From contig JAYFMW010000006.1 of the NCBI GenBank assembly GCA_042408215.1, forward strand, positions 736,001-800,000: a stretch of DNA of 64,000 bases, given 5' to 3'. Below the pieces are notes generated by a model that made no database searches, was not told the DNA's origin, and was given only the letters and a program-made list of their open reading frames with translations. The translations under genes were made by a program, and so were the position numbers. Origin of the DNA: Microcoleus sp. GTDB taxonomy: Bacteria; Cyanobacteriota; Cyanobacteriia; Cyanobacteriales; Microcoleaceae. Below, piece by piece: positions 11,951 to 22,744 of this stretch (positions are counted from its first letter, which is position 1; every line of letters starts with the position of its first letter).

Positions 11951-12328
11951 ATGGAAAAATTCGAAACAGTCGAAACAATGGACGATCGCACGCGAACTCG
12001 GTACTGGGGTACAGTTACAGTTATAGACGAAGGCGATCGTTACAGGATCAATCGCATTGAACTCAAACCGGGCCACCACATCAGCACCCAAATGCACTAT
12101 CACCGCAGCGAACATTGGGTTGTTGTCTCCGGTACCGCGAAAGTGATCTGCGATAACAAAGAAACTATTTTGATGCAAAAACAGTCAACCTACGTTCCCA
12201 TGAATACGCCTCACCGTGTGGAAAACCCAGGCGTTATTCCCTTGGTGATGATTGAAATTCAAAATGGCGAATATCTCGGCGAGGATGACATCATCCGTTT
12301 CCCGCAGGATGCTCACGAAGAAGATTAA
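11951..12328 (+). CDS. Cupin, mannose-6-phosphate isomerase type II C-terminal-like
   Basis: QMHYHRSEHWVVVSGTA, HRVENPG, EIQNGEYLGEDDIIR. Confidence 0.88.
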   Translation: MEKFETVETMDDRTRTRYWGTVTVIDEGDRYRINRIELKPGHHISTQMHYHRSEHWVVVSGTAKVICDNKETILMQKQSTYVPMNTPHRVENPGVIPLVMIEIQNGEYLGEDDIIRFPQDAHEED

Positions 12329-12486
12329 TCACTCACAAGGCGTAAGGTGCGCCATCAGCACCCTACAGTTAAATTTTTTGCGTAAATCCTACAATTAAAA
12401 ATATAGGGGCAATTCCTCAATTGCCCCTATATTTTTATATTAAGCTTGTTAAACACGAGCCTCTGAGATCGCAACAGGCGATCGTC

Positions 12487-13146
12487 CTAGGGCAAAGCAG
12501 CATTTTTCAACTCTACATTCGCCATATTTGCATTGCTGAGGTTAGCACCAGTCAAGTCCGAAGCCACCAAATTTGCACCGGTCAAATTTGCACCGGTCAA
12601 ATTTGCATCCCGCAGGTTTACCCCCAGCATATCCATTCCCAACAAAGTGCCACCTTTGAGACTGACATTTCCTAGATTCAATAATGACTGACGGACATTT
12701 TTGAGGTTTGCACCAGTCAAATTAGCACTTTCCAAATTAGCTCCGATTAGATTCGATCTGCTGAGGTTGGCATCCTTCAAATTGGCAATAACCAAACCAG
12801 CCAAACTCAGATTAGCACGGCTCAAGTCAGCACCCTCTAAATTCGCACCGTGCATCCTAGCAGCGATTAAGCTCGCACCTGGTAATTTTGCATTGTTGAG
12901 ATTGGCTTGATTGAGCTTGGCTTCATTGAGATTAGTACCGCTCAAATTCGCACCGCTCAAATTCGCCCCGCTCAAATCGGCACCGCTGAGGTTCATACCA
13001 GCAAGCTGCGCTCCTGTCAAGTCGCATCCGCTACATTTTTTAGTTTCTAATAGTTGCTTGACTTGTGATACGTTTTCAGCCTTAACTGGAGAGGCGAAAC
13101 CGATCGCAATTAGTAGCCCTGTAGTTGTTAAAATTCCCAATTTCAT
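12487..13146 (-). CDS. Secreted pentapeptide-repeat protein
   Basis: Signal peptide, CxxC, A(N/D)LxX repeats. Confidence 0.92.
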   Translation of the reverse strand: MKLGILTTTGLLIAIGFASPVKAENVSQVKQLLETKKCSGCDLTGAQLAGMNLSGADLSGANLSGANLSGTNLNEAKLNQANLNNAKLPGASLIAARMHGANLEGADLSRANLSLAGLVIANLKDANLSRSNLIGANLESANLTGANLKNVRQSLLNLGNVSLKGGTLLGMDMLGVNLRDANLTGANLTGANLVASDLTGANLSNANMANVELKNAALP

Positions 13147-13307
13147 ATACTCACCCTCAGCGATGTCTCTATTTAATAATATCGAACATTTTTTGAGAGT
13201 ATTCAGCGATCGACATCTTTAATAAACTGTGACAATCATCACCCTGTTATGCACCAAAATATGCAATAATTACAGAGATTCCTACACCTACAAGTTCTGG
13301 TAAACAA

Positions 13308-14984
13308 TTATTGCTTTTTCAGGAACCAAAAGGGAAAGGCTTGCGTCGGTTCAAGATGCACGCCGGCGATATTTTTTTGAGCAAAGGTATAGTCTTTATC
13401 CAGCCAAAGGGGGATGAAAGGTACATCTCGACCTAGTATATCTTGAATTTCGGCAAAAATGGCTTTGCGGGTTTGCGGGTTTGGTTCTTTTCGCTGCTGG
13501 TCGATCAGTTGATTTACCCGATCGCTATAATAAAACGAACCCTGGCCTTGACTAGCACCCTTTTCACAGCCCCCGGCGGCCGAACCCGTGGCACAATCTA
13601 AAAACGGCTGAATATAATTGTCGGCATCGAAAAAGTCGGCGTACCAATCTACTAAAACCGCAGGATAAATCCCCTTCTCTATGTTTTGAAATAAGGTTGG
13701 AGATTCCACACTATTAATTTCTACTTGCATTATCCCATCCATTTTAAGTTTAGCTGATGCCTTGATGATACTGGCGACTAAAGCTCTTTTTGTGGAACCG
13801 GAAGGATGCCAGATTTGCAAGATCAAAGGATTGGTGGCGGAATAGCCCGCTTTAGTCAATAATTCCTTAGCTTTTGCCATGTTGGCGTCGCCGTACAGTT
13901 CCTTAAAAACCGGTTTGTGGACATCAAAGGTTGTGGGAATCAGACTGTACAGTGGTTGTGCTTGTCCCCGCAGTACGCGATCGTTGATCAGCGGGCGATC
14001 GATCGTGGCTGCGATCGCCTGTCTCACATCTATATTGTCCAGCGGTTTAGACTTAATGTTGAGCGTCATATAACTGACGGTACTGCTTTCAGCCGCAATT
14101 TCCTGCCATTTCCCCTTTTTTGCTCCCTCGTCCAAACTGCGAACTTGATCGGCATCCAGAGACAAATAAGCCACATCGATCGCACCCGTGCGAAAAGTAT
14201 TGAACAAATTTGCTGAACTAGAAAGCAGCAAAATATCAATTCCTTGATTAGCAGATTTTTCACCCCAATATTTATCAAAAGCGTCAATTTTTAGAGAATC
14301 GCTGCCATATTTTGCCAGCTTGTAGCGTCCAGTTCCGACAAAAGTATCTGGTTTAAATTTGCCTTCTCCAATTTCATAAGCTTGCGGAGAAACTGCACAA
14401 GCACCGGCAAATGTTAGCAGGGAAGGAAAAGCAGCAAAAGGCTTTTTGAGTTGAAAAGTTAACTCATATTCGCCCGTTGCTTTCACCGATTCTACTGCAT
14501 CGCCTAATAAAAAAGCTGGACGGCCCCCATTTTTGATAAACCGTTGCAAGGAAAATTCCATTGCTGCGGCGTTAAACGGTGTGTCGTCGTGGAAAATAAC
14601 GCCTTGACGCAGGGGGATTGTATATGTTAATCCATCGGTGCTAATTTTCGGCATTGCTGTTGCTAAATGGGGGATTAACTTTGTAGTTCCCGACTCGTAG
14701 CTGTAGAGAGTATCGCCCAAATTGTACAGCAACTGCGCTGATATAACTTCGTAAGCATCCGCAGGGTCGATCGTCCGTAATTTCAAGGTTGTGCCAATAG
14801 TAACGCGATCGTTATTACCACTGTCACCGACAGCATTAATTGATTGATTTGCCCTCTGTCCGCAGCTGACAATTAAGAAGCAACAAAGACTGAAAAGCGC
14901 TAGAACTTTAATTACCGAAGGTCTTATAGATATTTTAGGCTGTCGGTTGTAGTTTCCCATTGTCATTTTGCGAAATAATCCCAA
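13308..14984 (-). CDS. ABC transporter peptide/nickel substrate-binding lipoprotein (family 5); start codon uncertain
   Basis: Lipobox LIVSC; TYTIPLRQGVIFHD; VRQAIAATIDR. Confidence 0.9.
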   Translation of the reverse strand: MGLFRKMTMGNYNRQPKISIRPSVIKVLALFSLCCFLIVSCGQRANQSINAVGDSGNNDRVTIGTTLKLRTIDPADAYEVISAQLLYNLGDTLYSYESGTTKLIPHLATAMPKISTDGLTYTIPLRQGVIFHDDTPFNAAAMEFSLQRFIKNGGRPAFLLGDAVESVKATGEYELTFQLKKPFAAFPSLLTFAGACAVSPQAYEIGEGKFKPDTFVGTGRYKLAKYGSDSLKIDAFDKYWGEKSANQGIDILLLSSSANLFNTFRTGAIDVAYLSLDADQVRSLDEGAKKGKWQEIAAESSTVSYMTLNIKSKPLDNIDVRQAIAATIDRPLINDRVLRGQAQPLYSLIPTTFDVHKPVFKELYGDANMAKAKELLTKAGYSATNPLILQIWHPSGSTKRALVASIIKASAKLKMDGIMQVEINSVESPTLFQNIEKGIYPAVLVDWYADFFDADNYIQPFLDCATGSAAGGCEKGASQGQGSFYYSDRVNQLIDQQRKEPNPQTRKAIFAEIQDILGRDVPFIPLWLDKDYTFAQKNIAGVHLEPTQAFPFWFLKKQ

Positions 14985-15081
14985 ATATAGTTATATCATT
15001 TTGCTGGAACTTTACGGCAGGCAAGTTAAAATGGAGGCAGAGCCTTACGCAATTGTAGGGTGTGCACTGCACACCTTACAA

Positions 15082-15477
15082 CTAAATGAACAAGCTAGGT
15101 GAGACTTTAAAATAATCGCCAAGTGCCTTAGCCTGTGCCTTGCTAATCGCTCTTTTCCCATTCACAACCTCAGACACCACGCCACTCGATCCAATGATAC
15201 CTACCAAGTCGGCTTGACGGGTGCCACTGGATTCCATGATGTGTTGCAAAATCTCATGGGGTTCGGATTCTATCGGATAGTTTTCGGCCTCATAAACTTC
15301 AATGAGCGTTACCAACAACTTGTATAAAATTCTCTCCTCTGGAGTGCTGTTTTTAGCGAATGTTAGCCGTTCTGCAATTACCAGGAGCCGATCGTATTCA
15401 TCTTCGGTTTCGATTACCTTGGGAGCGACTTCTGCTAGCAAGCTGCTATAGGTGGCTCGATCAAAAGTAAGCATCAT
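15082..15477 (-). CDS. higA: HigA antitoxin (HTH)
   Basis: RQADLVGIIGSSGVVSEVVNGKRAIS HTH; overlaps higB. Confidence 0.88.
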   Translation of the reverse strand: MMLTFDRATYSSLLAEVAPKVIETEDEYDRLLVIAERLTFAKNSTPEERILYKLLVTLIEVYEAENYPIESEPHEILQHIMESSGTRQADLVGIIGSSGVVSEVVNGKRAISKAQAKALGDYFKVSPSLFI

Positions 15478-15760
15478 TTTTCCATTTGTCTTTGTCGTAT
15501 TCAGCATGGGTTAGAAAATTTTTGTAGAAAATAGTTTGATCCTCATAGTTGATGCCGAGAATCAGGCGATATTTGTTGCCTTTGATATTAAAGACGGTGA
15601 AGTTTCCTACTGCTTCGGCATCCCGGAACTCTTTGCGAACATCCTCTAAATTATGCCATTTTGCGTTCTTGAATTTTTTCTTCAAGGTATCAATTTCACT
15701 TTTGACATCGGGATACTGGGAAGCATCGTCACGGAGGTTGCGTATTGAAATTAGGTGCAT
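15461..15760 (-). CDS. higB: HigB mRNA interferase toxin
   Basis: VFNIKGNKYRLI and THAEYDK motifs. Confidence 0.9.
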   Translation of the reverse strand: MHLISIRNLRDDASQYPDVKSEIDTLKKKFKNAKWHNLEDVRKEFRDAEAVGNFTVFNIKGNKYRLILGINYEDQTIFYKNFLTHAEYDKDKWKNDAYF

Positions 15761-15993
15761 TGATTTTTTCTTGGAATTTTTTCATTTTTTCCACACATCG
15801 ATTGTTTGCTTCATAGAGCCTACTACTCTTATACTCTCATTTAGAGAGGAGAATGTCAATAGCTAATTACCATGATTCACAACATGGAAGTCACGGATAC
15901 CCGTCTCGCTGTTTCTAACGTGTTATCTACGAATTACCAATGCCCGATGCCCAATGCCCCATGCCCCGATGCCCAATGTCCCATGCCCAAATA

Positions 15994-17469
15994 TTAAATT
16001 CCTTTGAGTAGCAATCGCCAATCCTGACACCGTTTCTTGTAAATGCGAGCCACCCGATCGTTCGGATTTGTCCGCAAACACTGTTCAAACAATTTTCCCG
16101 CTTCTCGAAACTCCTTGCGCTCGCACAATAACATAGCTTCATTATATATGTGCAAATTTTCTAGCTTGGCCGCTCGAATTTCCGGCGCATCGGCATCAAA
16201 TACTTCATAGACTGTGACAAATTGAGATTTCCCTTTTACCTGTACCTTATCCACGATGCGAATAGCATAATCAGCAGCATTTCGCAACCTCTCAAAAGTG
16301 GCGTGAGAAATTAACAGCGGTACGCCATAATTTTTCGTCAATCCTTCAATCCGAGAAGCCAGATTAACAGCATCGCTAATTACAGTGCTATCCATGCGGC
16401 TTTTACCACCAACAGTCCCCAGCATCAAAGAACCTGTATTAATGCCAATGCCAATTTGCATCGGGACGTAGCCGACAGTTTCACGGTGTTGGTTGTATTT
16501 ATTCAGGATATGCAGCATCGCAATACCAGCTTTTACTGCATCATCTGCACAGTCGCTAAACAGAGCCATAATTGCATCGCCAATGTATTTGTCAATAAAT
16601 CCGTGATGGCTAGTAATCGCCGGCTCCATCCGCGAAAGGTAAGCATTGATAAAATTAAAGTTTTCTTGCGGTGTCATAGTTTCTGAGAGAGTCGTGAAGT
16701 CACGGATATCGGCAAACAGCACCGACATTTCCTGCTGCACCTGGTCGCCTAAATTGACATCAGTAATACTTTCATATCCCAGCAAGTTGAGAAATTGATG
16801 GGGAACAAATCGCCCGTAGGCATCAGTCAAGTCTTCTTCTGCCACCAGGGACTTTTCCAATTTTTGATTCAGTTCATGGAGTTCATTAATAAAGTTATGG
16901 CGGTCGGTTTCTGCTTGTTTGCGTTTCGTGATATCCTGAAAAACCGCGATCGCAAAAGCAACTTTGCCGTCTTCGTCAAAAATTGGCGTTCCCCAACCCT
17001 CGATCGGGACTTTCTGATCTAGTTGGTGAATTTCTATATCCTCAGCCGTCGAAGTTTCGCCCTTCAAAGCTCGGACGATCGGCAAATTCTCGCTAGGATA
17101 AATAGTATCAGTTCCCGCGATATAAATTTGATAAAGTTCTGACAAATTCTCAACTGCATTTAACGGCACAACCCCTTGGCCCAGTAACAACTGTCCAGCG
17201 TGATTGACGTAGTAAGGTTGGCCGAGAGCATCGATCACAGCCACCCCGATCGGAATAGCTTCGAGAAACTGAACCAGCTTGATGTCGCCTTCCCGCACCG
17301 CCTCCAATGCCCGATCGCGTAACTCGCTGGTAAGATTGTCAGAATGTTCAGCAGTAGTTTCCAGCAAAATTTCCAGATCCGCTTTTTCCTCCTTCAAGTC
17401 TTCGACTTGCTGGCGCAATCTTTCTATCTCCAAAAGTAGCTGTTCCCTCGATGGTTGTTCTTCCAACAT
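15994..17469 (-). CDS. Class III adenylate/guanylate cyclase with coiled-coil, PAS and TPR-like tail
   Basis: FADIRDFT, DKYIGDAIM, ISDAVNLASRIE; likely start MLEEQ at 17469. Confidence 0.9.
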   Translation of the reverse strand: MLEEQPSREQLLLEIERLRQQVEDLKEEKADLEILLETTAEHSDNLTSELRDRALEAVREGDIKLVQFLEAIPIGVAVIDALGQPYYVNHAGQLLLGQGVVPLNAVENLSELYQIYIAGTDTIYPSENLPIVRALKGETSTAEDIEIHQLDQKVPIEGWGTPIFDEDGKVAFAIAVFQDITKRKQAETDRHNFINELHELNQKLEKSLVAEEDLTDAYGRFVPHQFLNLLGYESITDVNLGDQVQQEMSVLFADIRDFTTLSETMTPQENFNFINAYLSRMEPAITSHHGFIDKYIGDAIMALFSDCADDAVKAGIAMLHILNKYNQHRETVGYVPMQIGIGINTGSLMLGTVGGKSRMDSTVISDAVNLASRIEGLTKNYGVPLLISHATFERLRNAADYAIRIVDKVQVKGKSQFVTVYEVFDADAPEIRAAKLENLHIYNEAMLLCERKEFREAGKLFEQCLRTNPNDRVARIYKKRCQDWRLLLKGI

Positions 17470-17538
17470 GACCCCAGAACTTGCGCCTCTACCAACAGAA
17501 AATTGCGTAACAGTCCTCATCCTAAAAGCGATCGCAGC

Positions 17539-17881
17539 TTTTATACTAACTCCAACTCTCAAGCAAGCATCAGCCGCTGCAAATTCTTCAAAGATTTACC
17601 TGGCCTAGCTATGGGTTGAGAGCCTTCGCCATCAGCACCCGCCCTTGTTTACGCACCCCGATGCTCAACTTCGATAGCATACTAATGCCCGAACTGTTCA
17701 AAAATTCTAACTGCTGCAAATTTAAAAGAATTTTCCGAGGCGACCTATAGACTACCGAGCCTCGCAACTGCGCTATCGGCACGTACTCCGTAGACCCGGT
17801 TAGTCGAAGGGAGCCTGCAAAACTCACCGTTGCGGTTGCTCGATCGTAACATATCGGGTAATCTTCTATCTTAATTTGCAT
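17539..17881 (-). pseudogene. Slr1659-like STAS protein, frameshifted
   Basis: LNLQQLEFLNSSGI STAS motif; the expected C-terminus GKSLKNLQRLM..ELELV lies in another frame and contains a stop. Confidence 0.7.
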
Positions 17882-17924
17882 TCGGGTAAAAAGTTCCTTA
17901 AATATGATCGATCGCCAGCTCAGC

Positions 17925-18503
17925 TTATACTGTTAGTTGCACCATTGTTGTCACCGCAATGACTTCCGGGTCTTTTTGCACAGTCTCGAACTTCCAGCCC
18001 ATCTTGGCGCTATAGTCGTTGAGCATAGTCAGCAAGCCTAACCCAGAATCGGTTGAGCTTTCGTCAGCGGCGTTTTTTTCCAACTTCTCAATGTACATCT
18101 CGCTGGGGTCAGAAACCAGCAACTTCTGAATGTACCTCTGAAACTTGTCAACAGAAGGCGGGGAAATGCTGTTAGCAACCGAGAAGATCAGTCCGTCCTG
18201 ATGCAATTGCAGTTTAATATCGATCGGGTACTGCGAATTTTCATCGTTAAACTTCATCGCATTCTCCAATAACTCATTAGCAATATAGCTAACCGCACTT
18301 TTAATCTCGGCTTGTCTTGTCAGTGACGAGGAGTCGTCTTGATTCCCCGGAAAAAAAGTCGTCAAGTAGTCCGCGAGGAAATCAGCCGACAAACCGTTAT
18401 TCCGCCACCGCTGCTTGAGGGGAATAGAACTAGGGGAAAATCCAATGATCAAGTATTCCTGGCTGGGAGTCGGTTCAATCAAATCACCAAAGGTCTGAAT
18501 CAT
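17925..18503 (-). CDS. Slr1658-like HATPase (anti-sigma-factor kinase-like) regulator
   Basis: PLKQRWRNNGLSADFLADY, NELLENAMKF, SGLGLLTM. Confidence 0.82.
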   Translation of the reverse strand: MIQTFGDLIEPTPSQEYLIIGFSPSSIPLKQRWRNNGLSADFLADYLTTFFPGNQDDSSSLTRQAEIKSAVSYIANELLENAMKFNDENSQYPIDIKLQLHQDGLIFSVANSISPPSVDKFQRYIQKLLVSDPSEMYIEKLEKNAADESSTDSGLGLLTMLNDYSAKMGWKFETVQKDPEVIAVTTMVQLTV

Positions 18504-18590
18504 GTTAGTTGTGAGTTGTTATTTGTGAGTTGTTATTTGTGAGTTGTTATTTGTTATTTGTTATTTGTTATTTGTTATTTTTTGGTTGTT

Positions 18591-18748
18591 ATACCAATTT
18601 AATAGGTCGTTGCACATATCCCGATCCCCCTCGCATCCCCCTTAAAAAGGGAGTAGGGTGTGAGTAGGGGTTGACTTTGAATTCTTGCTCCCCTTTTTAA
18701 GGGGGCTGGGGGGATCGGATTCTATGCAGCCTCATAAAAAATTGGTAT
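18591..18748. mobile_element. MITE-like repeat of about 160 bp (copy 1)
   Basis: ATACCAATTT...AAATTGGTAT ends; near copies at 20374-20538 (inverted) and 24472-24637. Confidence 0.75.
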
Positions 18749-18837
18749 TAGTTGTTGGTTATAATGCCCCATGCCCCATGCTATAAAGGCCCCATGCCCC
18801 ATCCCTCCGCTTCGCTTCGCCCAATTCCCAATTACCG

Positions 18838-20058
18838 TTACTTTTGTTTGAGTAGCAGCAATGTGATATCATCAAAAACCTTTTGTTCGCCAATGTGCGA
18901 TCGCACGTCGTCAATTACAGCGTACCTGATTTCTGATGCCGTTCGCTGCCAATTGATTTGTATCACCTCAATTAACCGCTCTAAACCGTAAAGCACTTGA
19001 TCCATATTTTCAGCTTCCGTAATCCCATCAGTGTAAAGCACCACCACATCTCCTTTATATAACTGCACCAGTTTTTCAGCAACAAATTCAGTAATATCTA
19101 CATCCAGCCCGATCGGGAAACCCAAATCGATCGTATCAAACCGCTCTACAGAACCATTACACCGCACTACAATCATTTCTTCGTGCTGGCCGCTCAACTT
19201 CAGCATTCCTTCCTGATAGTCCAACAAAGCAAGGCTAGCATTCTTGTCAGATCTCATGGGTTGCACATTCTCGTAAATTACCAGGTTTATAGCGCTTAAA
19301 AAAATTACTGGATCGGGTTCATTGTAAGCAAGCAAAGTCCGCACCGCCCTTTGAACCAGAATCATTAAAACGCCACTTTCTCATCCATCTCCTGTGACAT
19401 CGCCGATGCCAATTTTTACTCTACCATCTTGACGCAGGCTAATTTTTTGAGATATTAGCCTAATTTCCGACAAGATTTTTGGGAGTTCTGGAAGCTTCAG
19501 CAAAGTAGCATCCATCAAATAATAGGTATCCAAATCAGGGTCTAATATCAGATTAGAACTCTCGCCGAAGCGAGCGCTTAATCTATTAATATCTGCTGCT
19601 AAACCTGGATACAAAAAATCATAAGTTTCTCAACTCCACTGGCTGCGGCGAAGTTTAAAAAGTTGCCTGTTTTGATAAATTTTATTAAGATTTACGCTGG
19701 AGCTTAAGATGTGTGATATCTGGCGATCGGTGTTTTCCAGTATTTGAAAATTTGCATCTATTTTTGCTTCTAAATCTGCCATCGGATCGGGAGTGCTTAA
19801 ATTCCGATTTAAACCCCGATCATTTAATAGTTGAAGTTTGGGGATGTATTCTCTCAACTGTCGCAGCGGGCGCAGGTATTGATTGCCGTAAATTTCTTTT
19901 TGTGCAAAATCAACCCGGCTGTTAATTTCCGAAATCAGAAAGTACATAACCAATGTTAATGGCATGGCAAATATAAAACCGATCGGGGTGAATTTTTGAG
20001 GATAGTTCAGCCGATTCATTACATGGATTCCCAAGGATGTTTTTTTCATATCGGACAC
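18838..20058 (-). pseudogene. SpoIIE/PP2C phosphatase with an N-terminal sensor; fragmented and internally deleted
   Basis: Three ORF pieces; IGDVTG, LYTDGITEA and DDITLL PP2C motifs; the sensor region (LILDPDLDTYYLMD) joins directly to the phosphatase. Confidence 0.8.
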
Positions 20059-20373
20059 AATTCATAAATATTTTACTAAAAAAGTAGCGATCGCTACTAA
20101 CAGGTTTTCTGGGACGATCGCCATTGCCGAGCTAAGCTGCTACGCAGATATAGCGGTTTTCAACCGCATGAGGTACCAGCCGATCGATGCCCTATGCCCT
20201 ATGCCCTAGGCCCAATCCCCAAGCGTACCTCATTGAACAGAGAAGGGCTATAAACAGTGTAAAACACCTGCTTCAGTTTTGGGCACTCAATAGTTATTTA
20301 TACTGCGATTATCGGGCGACCTCAGATTTGTTCTAAGAATATTTACTTAAGCATAAATTTTTCTAAATACCTC

Positions 20374-20538
20374 ATACCAATTTTTTATGAAGCTGCATAG
20401 AATTCGATCCCCCCTAACCCCCCTTCCCAAGGGGGGGACAAGAGTCCAATCAAAGTCAACCCCTACTCACACCCTACTCCCTTCTTAAGGGGGATTTAGG
20501 GGGATCGGAATATGTGCAACTTCACATTAAATTGGTAT
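20374..20538. mobile_element. MITE-like repeat (copy 2, inverted)
   Basis: Reverse-complement similarity to 18591-18748. Confidence 0.75.
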
Positions 20539-20762
20539 CAGACTATAACTAAAAATTAGGTAATAACTATAAGTATAAGTTTTAAGTATAAGTTTTCCTG
20601 AAATACTTATGCAGGCAGCGAAGAAAAAACACTTGGATCGCTCCTAGTGATGTCGGTTCTGTACAAAGGAACTAACAGCACCAGCATTGGTGTCTAAATA
20701 ACTATCAGTAGTTTAGCGCCCAGGCGATCGCGCATAGTGTGAAGTGAGGCAGAGGGCTGATT

Positions 20763-21335
20763 ATGAAACGAATTTCCGAACATAACTCTCAAAACAGTCA
20801 AAACCAAGCCCAAAAGCAGCCCAGGCCTTTAGTCTTGGCTTTGGTACTGACAGGAATTCTGACCTGGGAAATGTATCCGGCGCTAATAGACAACGCAGCA
20901 GCCAACACCGGCGTCCTCAAACATTCCCTCGCCAAGGAAAGCCAAGAATTGCTAACCGTAAACCAATTTCCCGGCGCGCGGGTACTTGAAAAAATCAGCT
21001 ATTCCAGATTTGGACTCAACAGTTTAAATTCCGAACCGGCCAATTTGGCTCAAAGCGCGGGCAAAAATTCCCCCAACGAATTACCCCCCGCTGTAGAAGC
21101 AGCGCTTTTCGATGAATTGTCACGGCTAACAGGGATTCCACCAGCACGGTTGAAAGTGACTGCATCGAGTCGCCAAAGTTGGCCGAATACTTGTTTGGGA
21201 CTGGCGACAACTGATGAGTTGTGCGGTCAAATGATTGTGGAAGGTTGGCGAGTTGTGGTTTCTGATGGCCGCCGCACTTGGGTTTATCGCACCGATGCTA
21301 GGGGAAAGGTGTTCCGTTTGGAAAAGAAAGATTGA
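20763..21335 (+). CDS. Hypothetical exported protein
   Basis: Hydrophobic N-terminal segment; C-terminal WPNTCLG..CGQMIVEGW..YRTD domain. Confidence 0.7.
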   Translation: MKRISEHNSQNSQNQAQKQPRPLVLALVLTGILTWEMYPALIDNAAANTGVLKHSLAKESQELLTVNQFPGARVLEKISYSRFGLNSLNSEPANLAQSAGKNSPNELPPAVEAALFDELSRLTGIPPARLKVTASSRQSWPNTCLGLATTDELCGQMIVEGWRVVVSDGRRTWVYRTDARGKVFRLEKKD

Positions 21336-21522
21336 ATTTGCTTTTGATCTCGTTTACGGTTGTTTCGGAATTATTTAACCGCAGAGACCGCAGAGACCGC
21401 AGAGGAAGAGAAGAGAGAGATGAATACAGGACGATACCACGGATTTGATATGACTCTATCAGGGAACAGGCAAGATGCCTGTTCTACACAAATTTTATTG
21501 AATTTGTTTGTGGGGCGGGCTT

Positions 21523-22620
21523 CTAGCTTGTCTTTTCTGTCGCCTGTCTTTCGATGATGCCGCCGCCGAGGAGTATATCCCCGTCATACCAAACAGCGGC
21601 TTGTCCGGGGGTGATGCTCAACTGTGGTTCGTCAAAAATCAATTTAACTCTTGTACCGCTGGCATTTTCTGCTTCTTGGGATGATTCTAGAGGAATTACT
21701 GTCGCGGGGACTGGGTGCGATCGATATCGAATCTGCACGCCCGCTCGAATTGGAGCCGTTGGCTGTGCTACAGAAACCCAATTCACTTTCTGGACATGAC
21801 ATTCTGAATTTGCGGCTAAAAGTCGATCGCCCACAATTACCCGATTCCGGGCAGCATCGAGTTCAATCACGTACAGGGGTTCAGGTGCTGCAATGCCGAG
21901 CCCCTTCCGTTGGCCGATCGTGTAGTGGTGTACGCCGTCGTGTTGTCCGAGCACCCGCCCATCCTTGTCAACAATCTCACCCTTTTGGGGAGCAATGTAC
22001 TTATCCAGAAAAGCCCGCATCGAACCGTTACTTTCCACCAAGCACAAATCCTGACTTTCCGGCTTTTCAGCAGTTGTCAAGCCAAACTCCGCCGCTATTC
22101 TGCGAGTTTCTGTCTTAGTAATTTCACCTAGAGGAAACTCCGTACCAGCCAGTAAATCTTGTGTTAAATCGTACAAGAAATAAGATTGGTCTTTGTCCGG
22201 GTCTACAGCCCGCCACAACTGCGTGCGACCCGTTTCGGCATCGTAAGTAACGCGAGCGTAGTGGCCTGTAGCAATTTTTTCAATTCCGAGTTCTTCGCGA
22301 GCGTACTTGAGCATCGGGCCGAATTTCACGGTTTTATTGCACTGCGAACAAGGTAAAGGCGTAATTCCTGCACTGTAGCCGCCCACCAAATAATCTACAA
22401 TACTTGCTTGAAAGACATCGCGGCTGTCAACGATGTGGTGGGGAACGCCCAATTGTTCGCAAATTTTAGCTGCATCGACCATGCCTTCAGAGCAGCACTG
22501 ACCTTTGCCTTTCATCAGCCACAGGGTTAAACCCACCACTTCATATCCCTGATGGTGTAAAATTGCGGCTGCTGCGGAACTATCGACCCCGCCGGAGAGG
22601 CCTACAACTATCTTGTTCAT
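21523..22620 (-). CDS. mnmA: tRNA 2-thiouridine(34) synthase
   Basis: [37 protein letters not shown]. Confidence 0.96.
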   Translation of the reverse strand: MNKIVVGLSGGVDSSAAAAILHHQGYEVVGLTLWLMKGKGQCCSEGMVDAAKICEQLGVPHHIVDSRDVFQASIVDYLVGGYSAGITPLPCSQCNKTVKFGPMLKYAREELGIEKIATGHYARVTYDAETGRTQLWRAVDPDKDQSYFLYDLTQDLLAGTEFPLGEITKTETRRIAAEFGLTTAEKPESQDLCLVESNGSMRAFLDKYIAPQKGEIVDKDGRVLGQHDGVHHYTIGQRKGLGIAAPEPLYVIELDAARNRVIVGDRLLAANSECHVQKVNWVSVAQPTAPIRAGVQIRYRSHPVPATVIPLESSQEAENASGTRVKLIFDEPQLSITPGQAAVWYDGDILLGGGIIERQATEKTS

Positions 22621-22744
22621 GGTTCGGAGAGAAATTGCTATTTTACTGTTACTTTGTTCGATCGAGCTAATTTAGTATAGTACAAAAATACTACAAATTG
22701 GTCTGCTGCTGTTAGCTGAAATTTTAACACTACTGTGAATCGTA

